Assembly (NCBI GenBank): GCA_026396875.1
Contig: JAPLVY010000004.1
Coordinates: 83,163-147,162, forward strand
DNA length: 64,000 bases
Direction of reading: 5' to 3'
From: Candidatus Falkowbacteria bacterium
GTDB lineage: Bacteria; Patescibacteriota; Patescibacteriia; Patescibacteriales; UBA12465
Numbering within the stretch: position 1 is the first letter of the stretch; the number at the start of each line of letters is the position of its first letter. Below the pieces are notes generated by a model, which worked only from the letters and a program-made list of their open reading frames with translations, was not told the DNA's origin and ran no database searches. Shown in pieces: positions 10,070 through 20,985 of this stretch. A program made the position numbers and the translations under genes.

Positions 10070-11140
10070 ATGTCTAAAGACTATTACAATACTTTAGGTG
10101 TCTCAAAGGGCGCCTCTGCGGATGAAATTAAAACGGCTTTTCGCAAGAAAGCTCATCAGCATCACCCAGACAAGGGCGGCGACGCTGAAAAATTTAAAGA
10201 GCTCAATGAAGCGTATCAGGTACTGAGCAACCCAGAAAAGCGCCAGCAGTATGATCAGTTCGGTTCCGATTTTCAAAACGGTCAAGCTGGTGGATACGGC
10301 GGTTTTGGTGGTCAAGGTTTCGGCGGCGGCATGAATATCAATATGGATGATCTGGGTGATTTATTCGGTGGTTTTGGTGACATTTTTGGCGGCTTCGGCG
10401 GTGGGCGCTCGCATCGCGCTTCAAAAGGTCAGGATCTAATTCTCGATATCAAAATTGATTTCAAGGAAGCGGCGTTCGGCGTTGAAAAAGAAATATCCTA
10501 TCCACGAGTTGGCGCTTGTCCTTCTTGCCAAGGAAGCGGCGCAGCTACCGGCACAAAAGTTAATACTTGCAAGACCTGCAATGGCAATGGTCGCGTCAAT
10601 AGAATGCAACGAACTATTTTGGGAAACATTCAAACTCAAACCGCTTGTCCCGATTGTCATGGTGAAGGAAAAATTCCAGAAAAGAAATGTGCTAATTGTC
10701 AGGGGACCGGCAGAGCGCGAGTGGATGAAAAATTTACCGTCAAAATTCCCGCAGGAATTGATAGTGGGGAATCAATCAGAATTGCTGGACGTGGTGAGGT
10801 TAGCGAAAAGGGAATCCCGGCCGGAGATTTGTTGGTCAGGGTAAAGATTACTCCTCACAAAAAACTAGTTCGTGAAGGCGATGATGTGAGAAGTGTCGAA
10901 ACCATTGATGTGAGAACGGCAATTCTCGGTGGTAAATTAGAACTAGAAACTCTTGATGGTACTTATAATTTAAAAATTCCAGAAGGCACTCAGCCAAACA
11001 CCGTTTTCCGTTTGAAAGAAAGGGGAATAACTCGTCTGCGCGGTCGTGGCCGAGGCGATCATTTTGTGGAAGTAAAAGTAGAAATTCCCAAAACCATCAG
11101 CCGCCAAACCAAGAAAGCCCTGGAGGGGCTAATCCTTTAG
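10070..11140 (+). CDS. dnaJ: co-chaperone DnaJ
   Basis: J-domain 'HHPDKGG', G/F-rich linker, four CxxCxGxG zinc-finger repeats. Confidence 0.97.
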   Translation: MSKDYYNTLGVSKGASADEIKTAFRKKAHQHHPDKGGDAEKFKELNEAYQVLSNPEKRQQYDQFGSDFQNGQAGGYGGFGGQGFGGGMNINMDDLGDLFGGFGDIFGGFGGGRSHRASKGQDLILDIKIDFKEAAFGVEKEISYPRVGACPSCQGSGAATGTKVNTCKTCNGNGRVNRMQRTILGNIQTQTACPDCHGEGKIPEKKCANCQGTGRARVDEKFTVKIPAGIDSGESIRIAGRGEVSEKGIPAGDLLVRVKITPHKKLVREGDDVRSVETIDVRTAILGGKLELETLDGTYNLKIPEGTQPNTVFRLKERGITRLRGRGRGDHFVEVKVEIPKTISRQTKKALEGLIL

Positions 11141-11153
11141 TAAATTTAAAAAG

Positions 11154-11244
11154 TATTTTATTATTTTATTTATCAATGTTTTTTCGTAGGCAAAAATATA
11201 TTTTTTGTCCCAGAAAAAGACCTGATAAATAAAATAATAAAATA
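11154..11244 (+). repeat. 22-bp perfect inverted repeat (compound hairpin) bridging the dnaJ stop and the tatD start
   Basis: Left arm tattttattattttatttatca (11154-11175) is the exact reverse complement of 11223-11244. The 47-nt spacer can itself pair (T-run/A-run helix plus an apical hairpin). Confidence 0.85.
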
Positions 11245-11247
11245 TCT

Positions 11248-12108
11248 TTGTCTATGCAATTCTTCGATACTCACGCCCATGTTAACTTTAAAGACTTCAA
11301 GGATGATGCCGATGAAGTGATTCGTCGCGCTCTAGATAATAATACCTGGATGGTTTTAGTTGGTGCGGAATACAAAACTTCTAATCGTTCTTTGGCTTAT
11401 GCCAATAAATATGAAAGCGGCGTTTATGCGGCGGTTGGTCTTCATCCGACTCACCTCGAAGAAGTTATTGCTCAAGATAGCGATGATCGCGGCGCCACGC
11501 AATTTATCACCCGCGGCGAAGAATTTAATTATGATAGTTATGAAAAGTTAGCTAACTTTGAGAAAGTAGTCGCGATTGGCGAAATTGGCTTGGATTATTA
11601 TCATTTGGACCTTTCTGGTGACATGGTAGCGGCCAAGAGTAAACAGAAGAAAGTTCTTCTTGAACAATTGAAACTAGCCAGGTCATTGGATCTCCCGGTG
11701 ATCATCCATTGTCGGCAAGCTCATGATGACTTATTTCCACTCTTGCAAGAATTCAAGAAAGAAAATCGTCATTCCATTTCCCCTGATAGACCATGGGGAG
11801 TTATTCATTGTTACTCTGGGGATGAAAACATGGCTTGGGAATACTTCAAGCTCGGGCTCATGATTTCTTTTACGGGGCTAATAACTTTCAGTAAAATGTG
11901 GGATGACCTGATTCGCAAGATTCCTTTGGAGAAAATTATGATCGAAACGGATTGTCCTTATATGACCCCAGAGCCCTACCGTGGTCAAAGAAACGAACCT
12001 CTGCTGGTACAATATGTCGCCGGAAGAATTGCTGAGATTAAGGGTGTAAAGCTAGAAAGAGTGGCAGAAGTAACCACGGATAATGCCAAAAAATTCTTTG
12101 GAATCTAG
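11248..12108 (+). CDS. tatD: TatD-family metal-dependent hydrolase/DNase
   Basis: 'FFDTHAHVN', 'EIGLDYY', 'VIIHCR', 'METDCPYM'. Start is TTG 11248 or ATG 11254. Confidence 0.85.
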   Translation: MSMQFFDTHAHVNFKDFKDDADEVIRRALDNNTWMVLVGAEYKTSNRSLAYANKYESGVYAAVGLHPTHLEEVIAQDSDDRGATQFITRGEEFNYDSYEKLANFEKVVAIGEIGLDYYHLDLSGDMVAAKSKQKKVLLEQLKLARSLDLPVIIHCRQAHDDLFPLLQEFKKENRHSISPDRPWGVIHCYSGDENMAWEYFKLGLMISFTGLITFSKMWDDLIRKIPLEKIMIETDCPYMTPEPYRGQRNEPLLVQYVAGRIAEIKGVKLERVAEVTTDNAKKFFGI

Positions 12109-12219
12109 GTTTTGCGGTCTTTTTCGTAATGTAATCAGTTTATTGTCAAATATTGGAGTCGTTATCTTTATGGTAGCGACTTTTTGGTTTTTAAGGATGA
12201 TAAAAATGCTGCTCCTCGG

Positions 12220-12248
12220 TTGACTTAGCCAGTATTTTGCGCTATAAA
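12220..12248 (+). promoter_or_regulatory. candidate promoter of the atp operon
   Basis: TTGACT, 17 nt spacer, TATAAA. Confidence 0.5.
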
Positions 12249-12313
12249 TTAGTTAGGAACGTTAAATTTTTGTTGGTAAAGGGGGTTTTATCGCCTTTTT
12301 TATTTTTGCCATT

Positions 12314-12583
12314 ATGCCAAACGATGATGGGAAGAAGCCAAATCAAGCTTGGTCAATCGCCGCCAGAACTATGGGCGTGGCTTCGGCTTGGATAGTTGGC
12401 CCAGTTCTAATCGGCCTCTTGATTGGCAAATGGTTGGACCAAAAATATTCTACCGGCCCACTGTTAATGGTTATTTCTCTGGCCGCTTGTTTCCTGATTT
12501 CCATGTTTGGTATTGTGCGCGGCGCTTTGAAGGAATTCAAAAAAATAGAGGCCGCAGAAAAAGAAGAAAAAGAAAAAATGTAA
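12314..12583 (+). CDS. AtpZ/AtpI-like small membrane protein preceding the ATP synthase genes
   Basis: 89 aa, two TM segments, 'GKWLDQKYSTGPLLMV' resembles the ATPase_gene1 family. First gene of the atp cluster. Confidence 0.55.
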   Translation: MPNDDGKKPNQAWSIAARTMGVASAWIVGPVLIGLLIGKWLDQKYSTGPLLMVISLAACFLISMFGIVRGALKEFKKIEAAEKEEKEKM

Positions 12584-12586
12584 TTT

Positions 12587-13405
12587 ATGGCAGTAGAACA
12601 AGAGATCTTACACGAAAATACTTTATTTGCTGAACCGATTTTTCACATCGGCTCTTTTACGGTTAGCAATTCTTTATTGAATTCCTGGCTAGTGGTAGTC
12701 GTGGTTTTAATTATCGGCTTAGCGATTCGCAAGAAGGTAAAGCTTGTTCCTCGTGGCGTGCAAAATGCTTTGGAAATTGTTTTTGAGGCTTTTTTGGGAA
12801 TTTTTGATGGCGTTACTGGCGACAGGAAACGTTCTTTGAAGTTTGCTCCGCTCGTTCTGGCTTTCTTCTTCTTTATCCTTCTTAATAATTGGCTCGGCCT
12901 ACTTCCCGGCGTCGGTTCGATTGGCCAGGTAATTAGTGAAAATGGCGAACTAATTTTTGTCCCATACTTCAGAGGAGCTACCGCCGATTTGAATACCACC
13001 CTCGCTCTTGCCACTATTGGTGTGGTTTTGAGCCATATTTTTGGCGTTATGGCTGTTGGCGGCTGGAATTACCTGAATAAATTCATTAATATCAAAGCTT
13101 TTTTGGAAATTCCCAAGAAGATCAAAAAAGATCCGACCATTCTCTTGGTTAATCCAATTAAAGCCTTTGTTGGTTTAATTGAAATTATTGGTGAATTAGC
13201 GAAGATTGCCAGTTTGTCCTTTCGTCTTTTCGGTAATATTTTTGCCGGTGAAGTTTTGCTTGCAGCAATGTCCGCCATTTTGGCTTTTGGTATCCCGATT
13301 CCGTTTATGTTTCTGGAAGTTATTGTTGGTCTAATCCAAGCTCTGATTTTTGCCATGTTAATTCTGACCTATCTGACTATTGCCACTTCTCAGGAAGAAC
13401 ACTAA
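12587..13405 (+). CDS. atpB: F0 ATP synthase subunit a
   Basis: 272 aa polytopic protein. 'LSFRLFGNIFAGE' carries the conserved Arg motif. Confidence 0.92.
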   Translation: MAVEQEILHENTLFAEPIFHIGSFTVSNSLLNSWLVVVVVLIIGLAIRKKVKLVPRGVQNALEIVFEAFLGIFDGVTGDRKRSLKFAPLVLAFFFFILLNNWLGLLPGVGSIGQVISENGELIFVPYFRGATADLNTTLALATIGVVLSHIFGVMAVGGWNYLNKFINIKAFLEIPKKIKKDPTILLVNPIKAFVGLIEIIGELAKIASLSFRLFGNIFAGEVLLAAMSAILAFGIPIPFMFLEVIVGLIQALIFAMLILTYLTIATSQEEH

Positions 13406-13451
13406 GATTAATTTTTAATTATATAAAGAATTAAGTAATTCAGTCTGCTAA

Positions 13452-13703
<252 letters not shown>

Positions 13704-13766
13704 TAATTTGGTTTTCTGAGCCGAACTTAAACCTCGGTTCAGCTATTAGTTTATTATTACAAAAAT

Positions 13767-14255
13767 ATGGAATCATTAGTTTCTACTTTTCACCTAGATT
13801 TAAAATTATTCATTGCCCAGGCGATCAATTTTGCGATTGTTCTGGCGGTGCTTTATTATTTTGCTTTCAAACCGATTGCTAAGGTAATGGAGGAGAGAAG
13901 CCAAAAAATCGAAAAGAGCCTGGATGACGCCAAAGCCATTGAGGCCAAGTTAAGCGACGCCGAAACTGAAAAGAAAGAAATAATCACCGAAGCAAAAAAG
14001 GCGGCTACCGAAATTTTAGAAAAAGCTAATGAGCAAGGAGAATTACGTCAGAAAGAAATGGTTGCCAAGGCCAGGGAAGATATCGGCCAAATCATTAACG
14101 CTGAAAAAGCAAAAATGCAGGTAGAAAAAGCGGAAACTCTCAAGGCTCTGAAAGCAGAAACTGCAGAACTGGTGGTTTTGACTGTTGAAAAATTATTGAA
14201 AGAAAAGATGAATAGTGAAAAGGATCAGGAGTTAATCAAAAAACTGGTTAAATAA
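13767..14255 (+). CDS. atpF: F0 ATP synthase subunit b
   Basis: N-terminal TM followed by a long charged helix; position in the operon. Confidence 0.85.
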   Translation: MESLVSTFHLDLKLFIAQAINFAIVLAVLYYFAFKPIAKVMEERSQKIEKSLDDAKAIEAKLSDAETEKKEIITEAKKAATEILEKANEQGELRQKEMVAKAREDIGQIINAEKAKMQVEKAETLKALKAETAELVVLTVEKLLKEKMNSEKDQELIKKLVK

Positions 14256-14260
14256 GAGAT

Positions 14261-14662
14261 ATGAAAATCAGTCCCAAACAATACGCAAGAGGTTTATATG
14301 ACTCTCTTCTTGGCAAATCCGATTCGGAGGTCAAGGAGGTTTTGCATACTTTTGTGAGTATTTTGGGAAGAGACAGAGTACTAAGTCGTGAAAAAGAAAT
14401 TACCGCCGCTTTTGTAGAAATCTGGAATTCTGAAAATGGAGAAATGGCTGCCTCAATCACTAGCGCTCATGAATTGGCCGGTGATTCTCGTGAAGCCGTG
14501 GTCAGTTATCTGAAAAACCGCACGGGCGCCAAAAGTGTTATTCTCACTGAAAATGTTGATAAGAATTTACTCGGCGGTTTCGTTTTAAAATATGAAAGTA
14601 AAGTTCTGGATGGTAGCTTGAAGACGAATTTGGCTGACTTGAAAGCGAGCATGGAGAAATAA
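14261..14662 (+). CDS. atpH: F1 ATP synthase subunit delta (OSCP), short 133-aa form
   Basis: Operon position and C-terminal 'VLDGSLKTNLADLK' typical of delta. Confidence 0.75.
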   Translation: MKISPKQYARGLYDSLLGKSDSEVKEVLHTFVSILGRDRVLSREKEITAAFVEIWNSENGEMAASITSAHELAGDSREAVVSYLKNRTGAKSVILTENVDKNLLGGFVLKYESKVLDGSLKTNLADLKASMEK

Positions 14663-14712
14663 TTATTTTTCAATAAATTTATTTAAAATAGTTTTTATTA
14701 CTAATAACCAAT

Positions 14713-16233
14713 ATGTCAACTAAAGACTTTATCATTGAACAACTGAAGACGGAGATATCCGGATTTAAAGCTGAAATTAGTGAAAAATCAGTCGGACGGG
14801 TTTTGAAGATTTCCGACGGTATTGCTCTTGTTTCTGGTTTGTCAGAAGCAATGATGTCAGAAATTTTAACCTTCAAAACTGCTCATGGTGATGTCGCTGG
14901 AGTGGCCTTAAATCTAGAAGAAAATTTGGTTGGCGCCATTATTTTGGGCGAATTTACTGCGATTAAAGAAGGTGATGAAGTTTTAGCCACCAAGCGCATT
15001 TTGGAAGTACCAGTCGGCGAGGCGATGGTTGGCCGCGTGGTTAACCCACTTGGTGAACCAATTGATGGTAAGGGTAAAATTGAGGCTAGTAAATTCTATC
15101 CAGTAGAAAAAATTGCTCCTGGTGTTATTACTCGCGCTTCAGTCAACCAACCAGTGCAAACTGGTATCAAATCTATTGATGCGATGATTCCGATCGGCCG
15201 CGGCCAACGCGAACTAATTATTGGTGACCGTCAGTTAGGAAAAACTGCCATTGCTATTGATACTATTATTAATCAGAAAGGGCAGAACATGAAATGTGTT
15301 TATGTTGCCATTGGTCAGAAGGAATCCAAGGTTGCCGGCATCGTTGCCAAACTTGAAGAAGCCGGTGCGATGGCTTACACCACAATCGTTTTGGCTGGCG
15401 CCTCCTCTCCAGCATCGTTACTTTACATTGCTCCTTATGCTGGCTGCGCGATGGCGGAATATTTTCTTGATAAAGGAGAAGATGTTTTGATTGTCTATGA
15501 TGATTTATCCAAGCACGCAGTTTCATATCGTGAAATTTCTTTATTACTTCGCCGTCCACCAGGTCGTGAAGCTTATCCTGGCGATGTTTTTTATCTCCAT
15601 TCCCGTTTACTAGAACGTGCTTGTAAATTAAATGCCGATTTTGGTGGTGGTTCAATTACTGCCTTGCCAATTATCGAGACCCAAGCTGGTGATCTTTCTG
15701 CTTATATTCCAACCAATGTTATTTCTATTACTGATGGTCAGATTTTCTTGGAGCCAGAGCTATTTTATAAAGGCAATCGTCCGGCAGTGAATGCTGGTTT
15801 ATCAGTTTCTCGCGTCGGTTCTTCTGCTCAGATTAAGGCGATGAAGAAGGTAGCCGGAAAAATGCGTTTAGAGGCTGCTCAGTATCGCGAACTTGCTGGT
15901 TTTGCTCAATTTGGTTCTGATTTGGATGAAGATACTCGCAGAAAACTAGAACGCGGCCAGAGATTATACGAAATCTTTAAGCAAGACCAGTATCAACCGC
16001 TATCAGTCGCCAAACAAGTTTTGATTTATTGGTCACTCTTGGGTGGTCACTTGGACAATGTCCCGGTTGAAGATATCAGAAAATTTGAAGAAGGTTTATA
16101 CAAATACGCCGACACAAATAACGAAGTTCTGAAGTTAATTGCTGAAAAGAAAGAGTTGAGCGAAGAAATTGAAGCAAAGATGAAATCCCTAGTTGAAGAC
16201 TACAAGGGCACGGTCGATTATTTATTAAAGTAA
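14713..16233 (+). CDS. atpA: F1 ATP synthase subunit alpha
   Basis: Walker A 'GDRQLGKT', 'DDLSKHA', '[20 protein letters not shown]'. Confidence 0.98.
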   Translation: MSTKDFIIEQLKTEISGFKAEISEKSVGRVLKISDGIALVSGLSEAMMSEILTFKTAHGDVAGVALNLEENLVGAIILGEFTAIKEGDEVLATKRILEVPVGEAMVGRVVNPLGEPIDGKGKIEASKFYPVEKIAPGVITRASVNQPVQTGIKSIDAMIPIGRGQRELIIGDRQLGKTAIAIDTIINQKGQNMKCVYVAIGQKESKVAGIVAKLEEAGAMAYTTIVLAGASSPASLLYIAPYAGCAMAEYFLDKGEDVLIVYDDLSKHAVSYREISLLLRRPPGREAYPGDVFYLHSRLLERACKLNADFGGGSITALPIIETQAGDLSAYIPTNVISITDGQIFLEPELFYKGNRPAVNAGLSVSRVGSSAQIKAMKKVAGKMRLEAAQYRELAGFAQFGSDLDEDTRRKLERGQRLYEIFKQDQYQPLSVAKQVLIYWSLLGGHLDNVPVEDIRKFEEGLYKYADTNNEVLKLIAEKKELSEEIEAKMKSLVEDYKGTVDYLLK

Positions 16234-16256
16234 AATCAGGAAGTTATATTGTAACG

Positions 16257-16359
16257 TGTTTGTGTGTAACTTTTTATCAATATTTTTTTGTAAAGATAAA
16301 ATTGATGTTAATCAATTTTAGCCCCAAAAAAAATCCTGATAAAAAGTTACACACAAACA
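16257..16359 (+). repeat. 23-bp perfect inverted repeat (compound hairpin) bridging the atpA stop and the atpG start
   Basis: tgtttgtgtgtaactttttatca (16257-16279) is the exact reverse complement of 16337-16359. The 57-nt spacer contains a T7/A8 helix and an inner hairpin, aaaattgat-gtta-atcaatttt (16298-16319). Confidence 0.88.
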
Positions 16360-16365
16360 AAGTAT

Positions 16366-17316
16366 ATGGCAAAAACAAAAGAAATATCCCGTCGAATCAA
16401 ATCTGTTGCTAACACCAAAAAAATCACCAGAGCAATGGAAATGGTTGCTGCGGCCAAGATGAGAAAGGCCCTGGAAGCCGTTTTGAAGACTCGCACTTAT
16501 GCAAATTTAAGTTGGGAGACGGTTTTGCATTTGGCCAACTTGTCTCAAGCGCAGAGTGAACCGATTCATGAGCTTTTGTCTGCCAGAAAAGAGATTTCTC
16601 GCGTTGCGATTATTGTTATCACTTCAAACCGCGGCTTATGTGGTGGTTTTAATTCTTCTTTGGTTTCTAAAGTCAAAGAATCTATTGTTCGCCACCCCAT
16701 TCCTACTGACTTTATTTTGGTTGGTCGCAAGGCGTCTGCGCTTTATGGTCTGGCTAATACCGAGGTTGCTGCGGAATTTCCGAAAGAAGATATTCTTAGT
16801 AAAATTGCCGAAATTGCTCCAATCACCAAAATGGCAATTAATGATTATCTGAGCGGTAAGTATGATAAGGTCTTGGTTGCTTATACTGATTTTGTTAGCG
16901 CTAGTCGCCAAGTTTCGCGAGTTAAGCAGATTCTTCCAGTGGAGCTCGAAGAAGGAGAATATTTGGGTATTGCCAGTTCTGATCCGCGCATCGGTGTTAC
17001 CAAAGAAATGTTGGCCGAGAAAGAGAATAAACATCTAGCCGCTGATCAGGGTCACTATGAATTTATTTTTGAACCAAGTCCGAAAGAAGTATTGGACAAA
17101 ATTATCCCCAAATTATTAGAAGTTCAGTTATTTCAGGCATTTTTAGAATCGAACGCTTCTGAGCATAGCGCCAGAATGAGCGCGATGCATCAGGCGACCG
17201 AGGCAGCTAGTGATATGGTTGCCGAATTAACCCTATTTTATAATAAAGCTCGTCAGGCCGGTATCACTGCCGAAATTGCGGAAATCAGTGCTGGCGCTAA
17301 TGCGCTCGCAGAATAA
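16366..17316 (+). CDS. atpG: F1 ATP synthase subunit gamma
   Basis: 'ITRAMEMVAAAKMRKA' at the N-terminus, 'LTLFYNKARQAGITAEIAEI' at the C-terminus. Confidence 0.95.
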   Translation: MAKTKEISRRIKSVANTKKITRAMEMVAAAKMRKALEAVLKTRTYANLSWETVLHLANLSQAQSEPIHELLSARKEISRVAIIVITSNRGLCGGFNSSLVSKVKESIVRHPIPTDFILVGRKASALYGLANTEVAAEFPKEDILSKIAEIAPITKMAINDYLSGKYDKVLVAYTDFVSASRQVSRVKQILPVELEEGEYLGIASSDPRIGVTKEMLAEKENKHLAADQGHYEFIFEPSPKEVLDKIIPKLLEVQLFQAFLESNASEHSARMSAMHQATEAASDMVAELTLFYNKARQAGITAEIAEISAGANALAE

Positions 17317-18735
<1,419 letters not shown>

Positions 18736-18738
18736 TTT

Positions 18739-19188
18739 ATGTCAGAAAATAAAAGCATAAAATTTGAAATTGCTACCCCGGAAAGAGTTCTTCTCAAAGA
18801 AGAAATAGTTTCGGTTAGTGTCCCAACCGCGAGCGGGGAAGTAACTATTTTGCCCGATCACATTCCAATGGTTTCCATTCTCAAACCGGGAGTTTTGGAA
18901 ATTCGTCTTTTAAGCGGTGAGACTTCTTTGGTGGCAGTTTCCGGCGGATTCTTGGAAGTTTTGAAAAATAAGATTGTTATTCTCGCCGATACAGCTGAGA
19001 AAGCGGAAGAGCTCGACGAACAGAGGATTATTGATGCCAGGAATAAAGCTCAGGAAATGCGCCAGAGTGAACAATTTAAAGATGATGTGGAATTTGCTGA
19101 TTTGGCCGTTCGCTTAGAGAAGGAATTGGCTCGTGAGCACGCTTTGAATAAATGGCGTAAATTAAAGAACATAAATAAAAACAACTAA
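18739..19188 (+). CDS. atpC: F1 ATP synthase subunit epsilon
   Basis: Beta-sandwich N-terminus 'IATPERVLLKEE...VPTASGEVTILPDHIPMVS' plus a helical C-terminus. Confidence 0.9.
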   Translation: MSENKSIKFEIATPERVLLKEEIVSVSVPTASGEVTILPDHIPMVSILKPGVLEIRLLSGETSLVAVSGGFLEVLKNKIVILADTAEKAEELDEQRIIDARNKAQEMRQSEQFKDDVEFADLAVRLEKELAREHALNKWRKLKNINKNN

Positions 19189-19203
19189 ATAAACATAACA
19201 ACG

Positions 19204-19998
19204 ATGAGTAATTTTGAAAACGGGCACGACAATGCCCAAGAAAACATGAATCTTGGCTGGGATGCATCTCGCCATAATCAGGTAGTTGAGCGTTTGCTAA
19301 AAGGAGAAAACGTTCAATCAATCCTCGAAAGCCTTCCAGGTTTTTCTGAATCTTTTGATCATCCACTAGATACAATTGACTGTTCTGATGGACGTGTTTT
19401 AGACGGCAGAAAAATCGGTATTGCCGGTAGCGGTATGCTTCTTTCAGAAAAAGAGCGTGACTTATTTATTCAGAACTATCGCGGGAAGATAAAAAAGTTA
19501 ACCACTCATCGCGATTGCGGTGCTGCGGGGATTGCTTTTAGATCGCTCGGTGAAGGGGAAATTCCCGAAGGTATTTCTTCTGCTGATGAATACGGCACTT
19601 ATCAAGGAAAGAAACTAGCTGAAGCCTTGGGGGCAGAACATGAATTCATCGAAAAATTAGCTAATGATTATCACAATGAAGTGGCGATTGTCCTGGATTC
19701 TACTGGAACCTTTGATTCGACCAGTATTGCTGATTTTCCAGCTCATTTTGTTTGCTCTGGTGCAGGGCTTGGTTTTTCGGAAGAATATATGAAGACCGAA
19801 TTAAAAACTTTAGCCGGCATTGCTTTGGGTAGCCATGGTTTTGGACAACGATTTACTGAGGAAAATCCTCTGTATATCATTGTGACTGCTAATAGCAACG
19901 TCGAAGGTCTTTTCTGGAAAACAATTGCCGAAGTAGCGCTTGCCGATTTCTCAGGGAAGGTAGCCATAAAAAGCTTTGTTCGACCCCAGATTTCATAA
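19204..19998 (+). CDS. hypothetical protein with beta-carbonic-anhydrase-like Cys/His motifs
   Basis: 264 aa. 'IDCSDGRV' (CxDxR) and, about 40 aa later, 'LTTHRDCGAAG' (HxxC). The functional call is tentative. Confidence 0.45.
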   Translation: MSNFENGHDNAQENMNLGWDASRHNQVVERLLKGENVQSILESLPGFSESFDHPLDTIDCSDGRVLDGRKIGIAGSGMLLSEKERDLFIQNYRGKIKKLTTHRDCGAAGIAFRSLGEGEIPEGISSADEYGTYQGKKLAEALGAEHEFIEKLANDYHNEVAIVLDSTGTFDSTSIADFPAHFVCSGAGLGFSEEYMKTELKTLAGIALGSHGFGQRFTEENPLYIIVTANSNVEGLFWKTIAEVALADFSGKVAIKSFVRPQIS

Positions 19999-20011
19999 GA
20001 TTTGAGTAAAC

Positions 20012-20045
20012 AAAAAAAGCCTCTGAAAAAATCAGGGGCTCTTTT
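20012..20045. terminator. bidirectional rho-independent terminator
   Basis: agcctctga / tcaggggct stem with an A-run before and a T-run after, between convergent genes. Confidence 0.65.
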
Positions 20046-20074
20046 AATATTAAGAAGTAAATCAGGTTTTTCTA

Positions 20075-20860
20075 TTAGAGCAGACTTATTAGCACTAATG
20101 CGCCAATAATTATTCGGTACCAGCCAAAAGCCTTAAAATCGTTTTTCTGAATGTATTTGATGAAGAACTTAATTCCAGCCATCGCGGTCACAAAAGCCGC
20201 TATCAGGCCGACCAGGAGCACTCCTAGGTGATCGCCATTGATACTGCCTGGATTCTTGTAGATATCCAAGACGGTTGCCGCCAACATTGTTGGGATTGCT
20301 AACAAGAACGAGAATTCCACAATTGTTTTGCGCTTAATCCCCATGCCAAGACCGCCAACAATCGTTGCCGCGGAACGGGAAACGCCAGGAATCATGGCTA
20401 CCGATTGAGCAACACCAAGCATTGCTGCCTGGCGGTAGCTAATATTTTCTAATTCTAGCACTTGCTCATTTTCGGCGCTTTTATTTTTTTTGGCGTACCA
20501 CTTTTCAAAAATTATTAATAAAATTCCGCCAATAAATAGAGCCAAACCGATGACCAGCAAACTTTCCATGAAAAAGTTCTTGATGATTTTATACAGGATT
20601 AAACCGATAATTGCTGTGGGAACGAAGGCGGCTGCCAATTTCCAGACGATGGAAAGGTTTTGCCAAATCCGCCTCCAATAGAGAACAACAACCGCCGCAA
20701 TGGCACCCAGTTGAATAGAAATTTCAAAAGTTTTCAAGAATTCGCTACTCGGTATGGCTAGTAATTTGCTAGCAATAATCAGGTGAGCGGTAGAAGAAAT
20801 TGGCAGAAATTCGCTTAATCCTTCCACAATTCCTAGTATTAAAGATTGGATAATATTCAT
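20075..20860 (-). CDS. uppP: undecaprenyl-diphosphate phosphatase
   Basis: 261 aa polytopic protein. 'GIVEGLSEFLPISSTAHL' and 'PGVSRSAATI' are BacA/UppP signatures. Confidence 0.9.
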   Translation of the reverse strand: MNIIQSLILGIVEGLSEFLPISSTAHLIIASKLLAIPSSEFLKTFEISIQLGAIAAVVVLYWRRIWQNLSIVWKLAAAFVPTAIIGLILYKIIKNFFMESLLVIGLALFIGGILLIIFEKWYAKKNKSAENEQVLELENISYRQAAMLGVAQSVAMIPGVSRSAATIVGGLGMGIKRKTIVEFSFLLAIPTMLAATVLDIYKNPGSINGDHLGVLLVGLIAAFVTAMAGIKFFIKYIQKNDFKAFGWYRIIIGALVLISLL

Positions 20861-20985
20861 ATATTTGTATTTATATCATCCATTCTACTATAAGCAGCAC
20901 TTTTAAGCCATTATTGACAAAAGTTTATTAGTATGATAATGTTTTCGAGTTAAATCAATCATTAGTAATTTAAAAATTTTATAAA

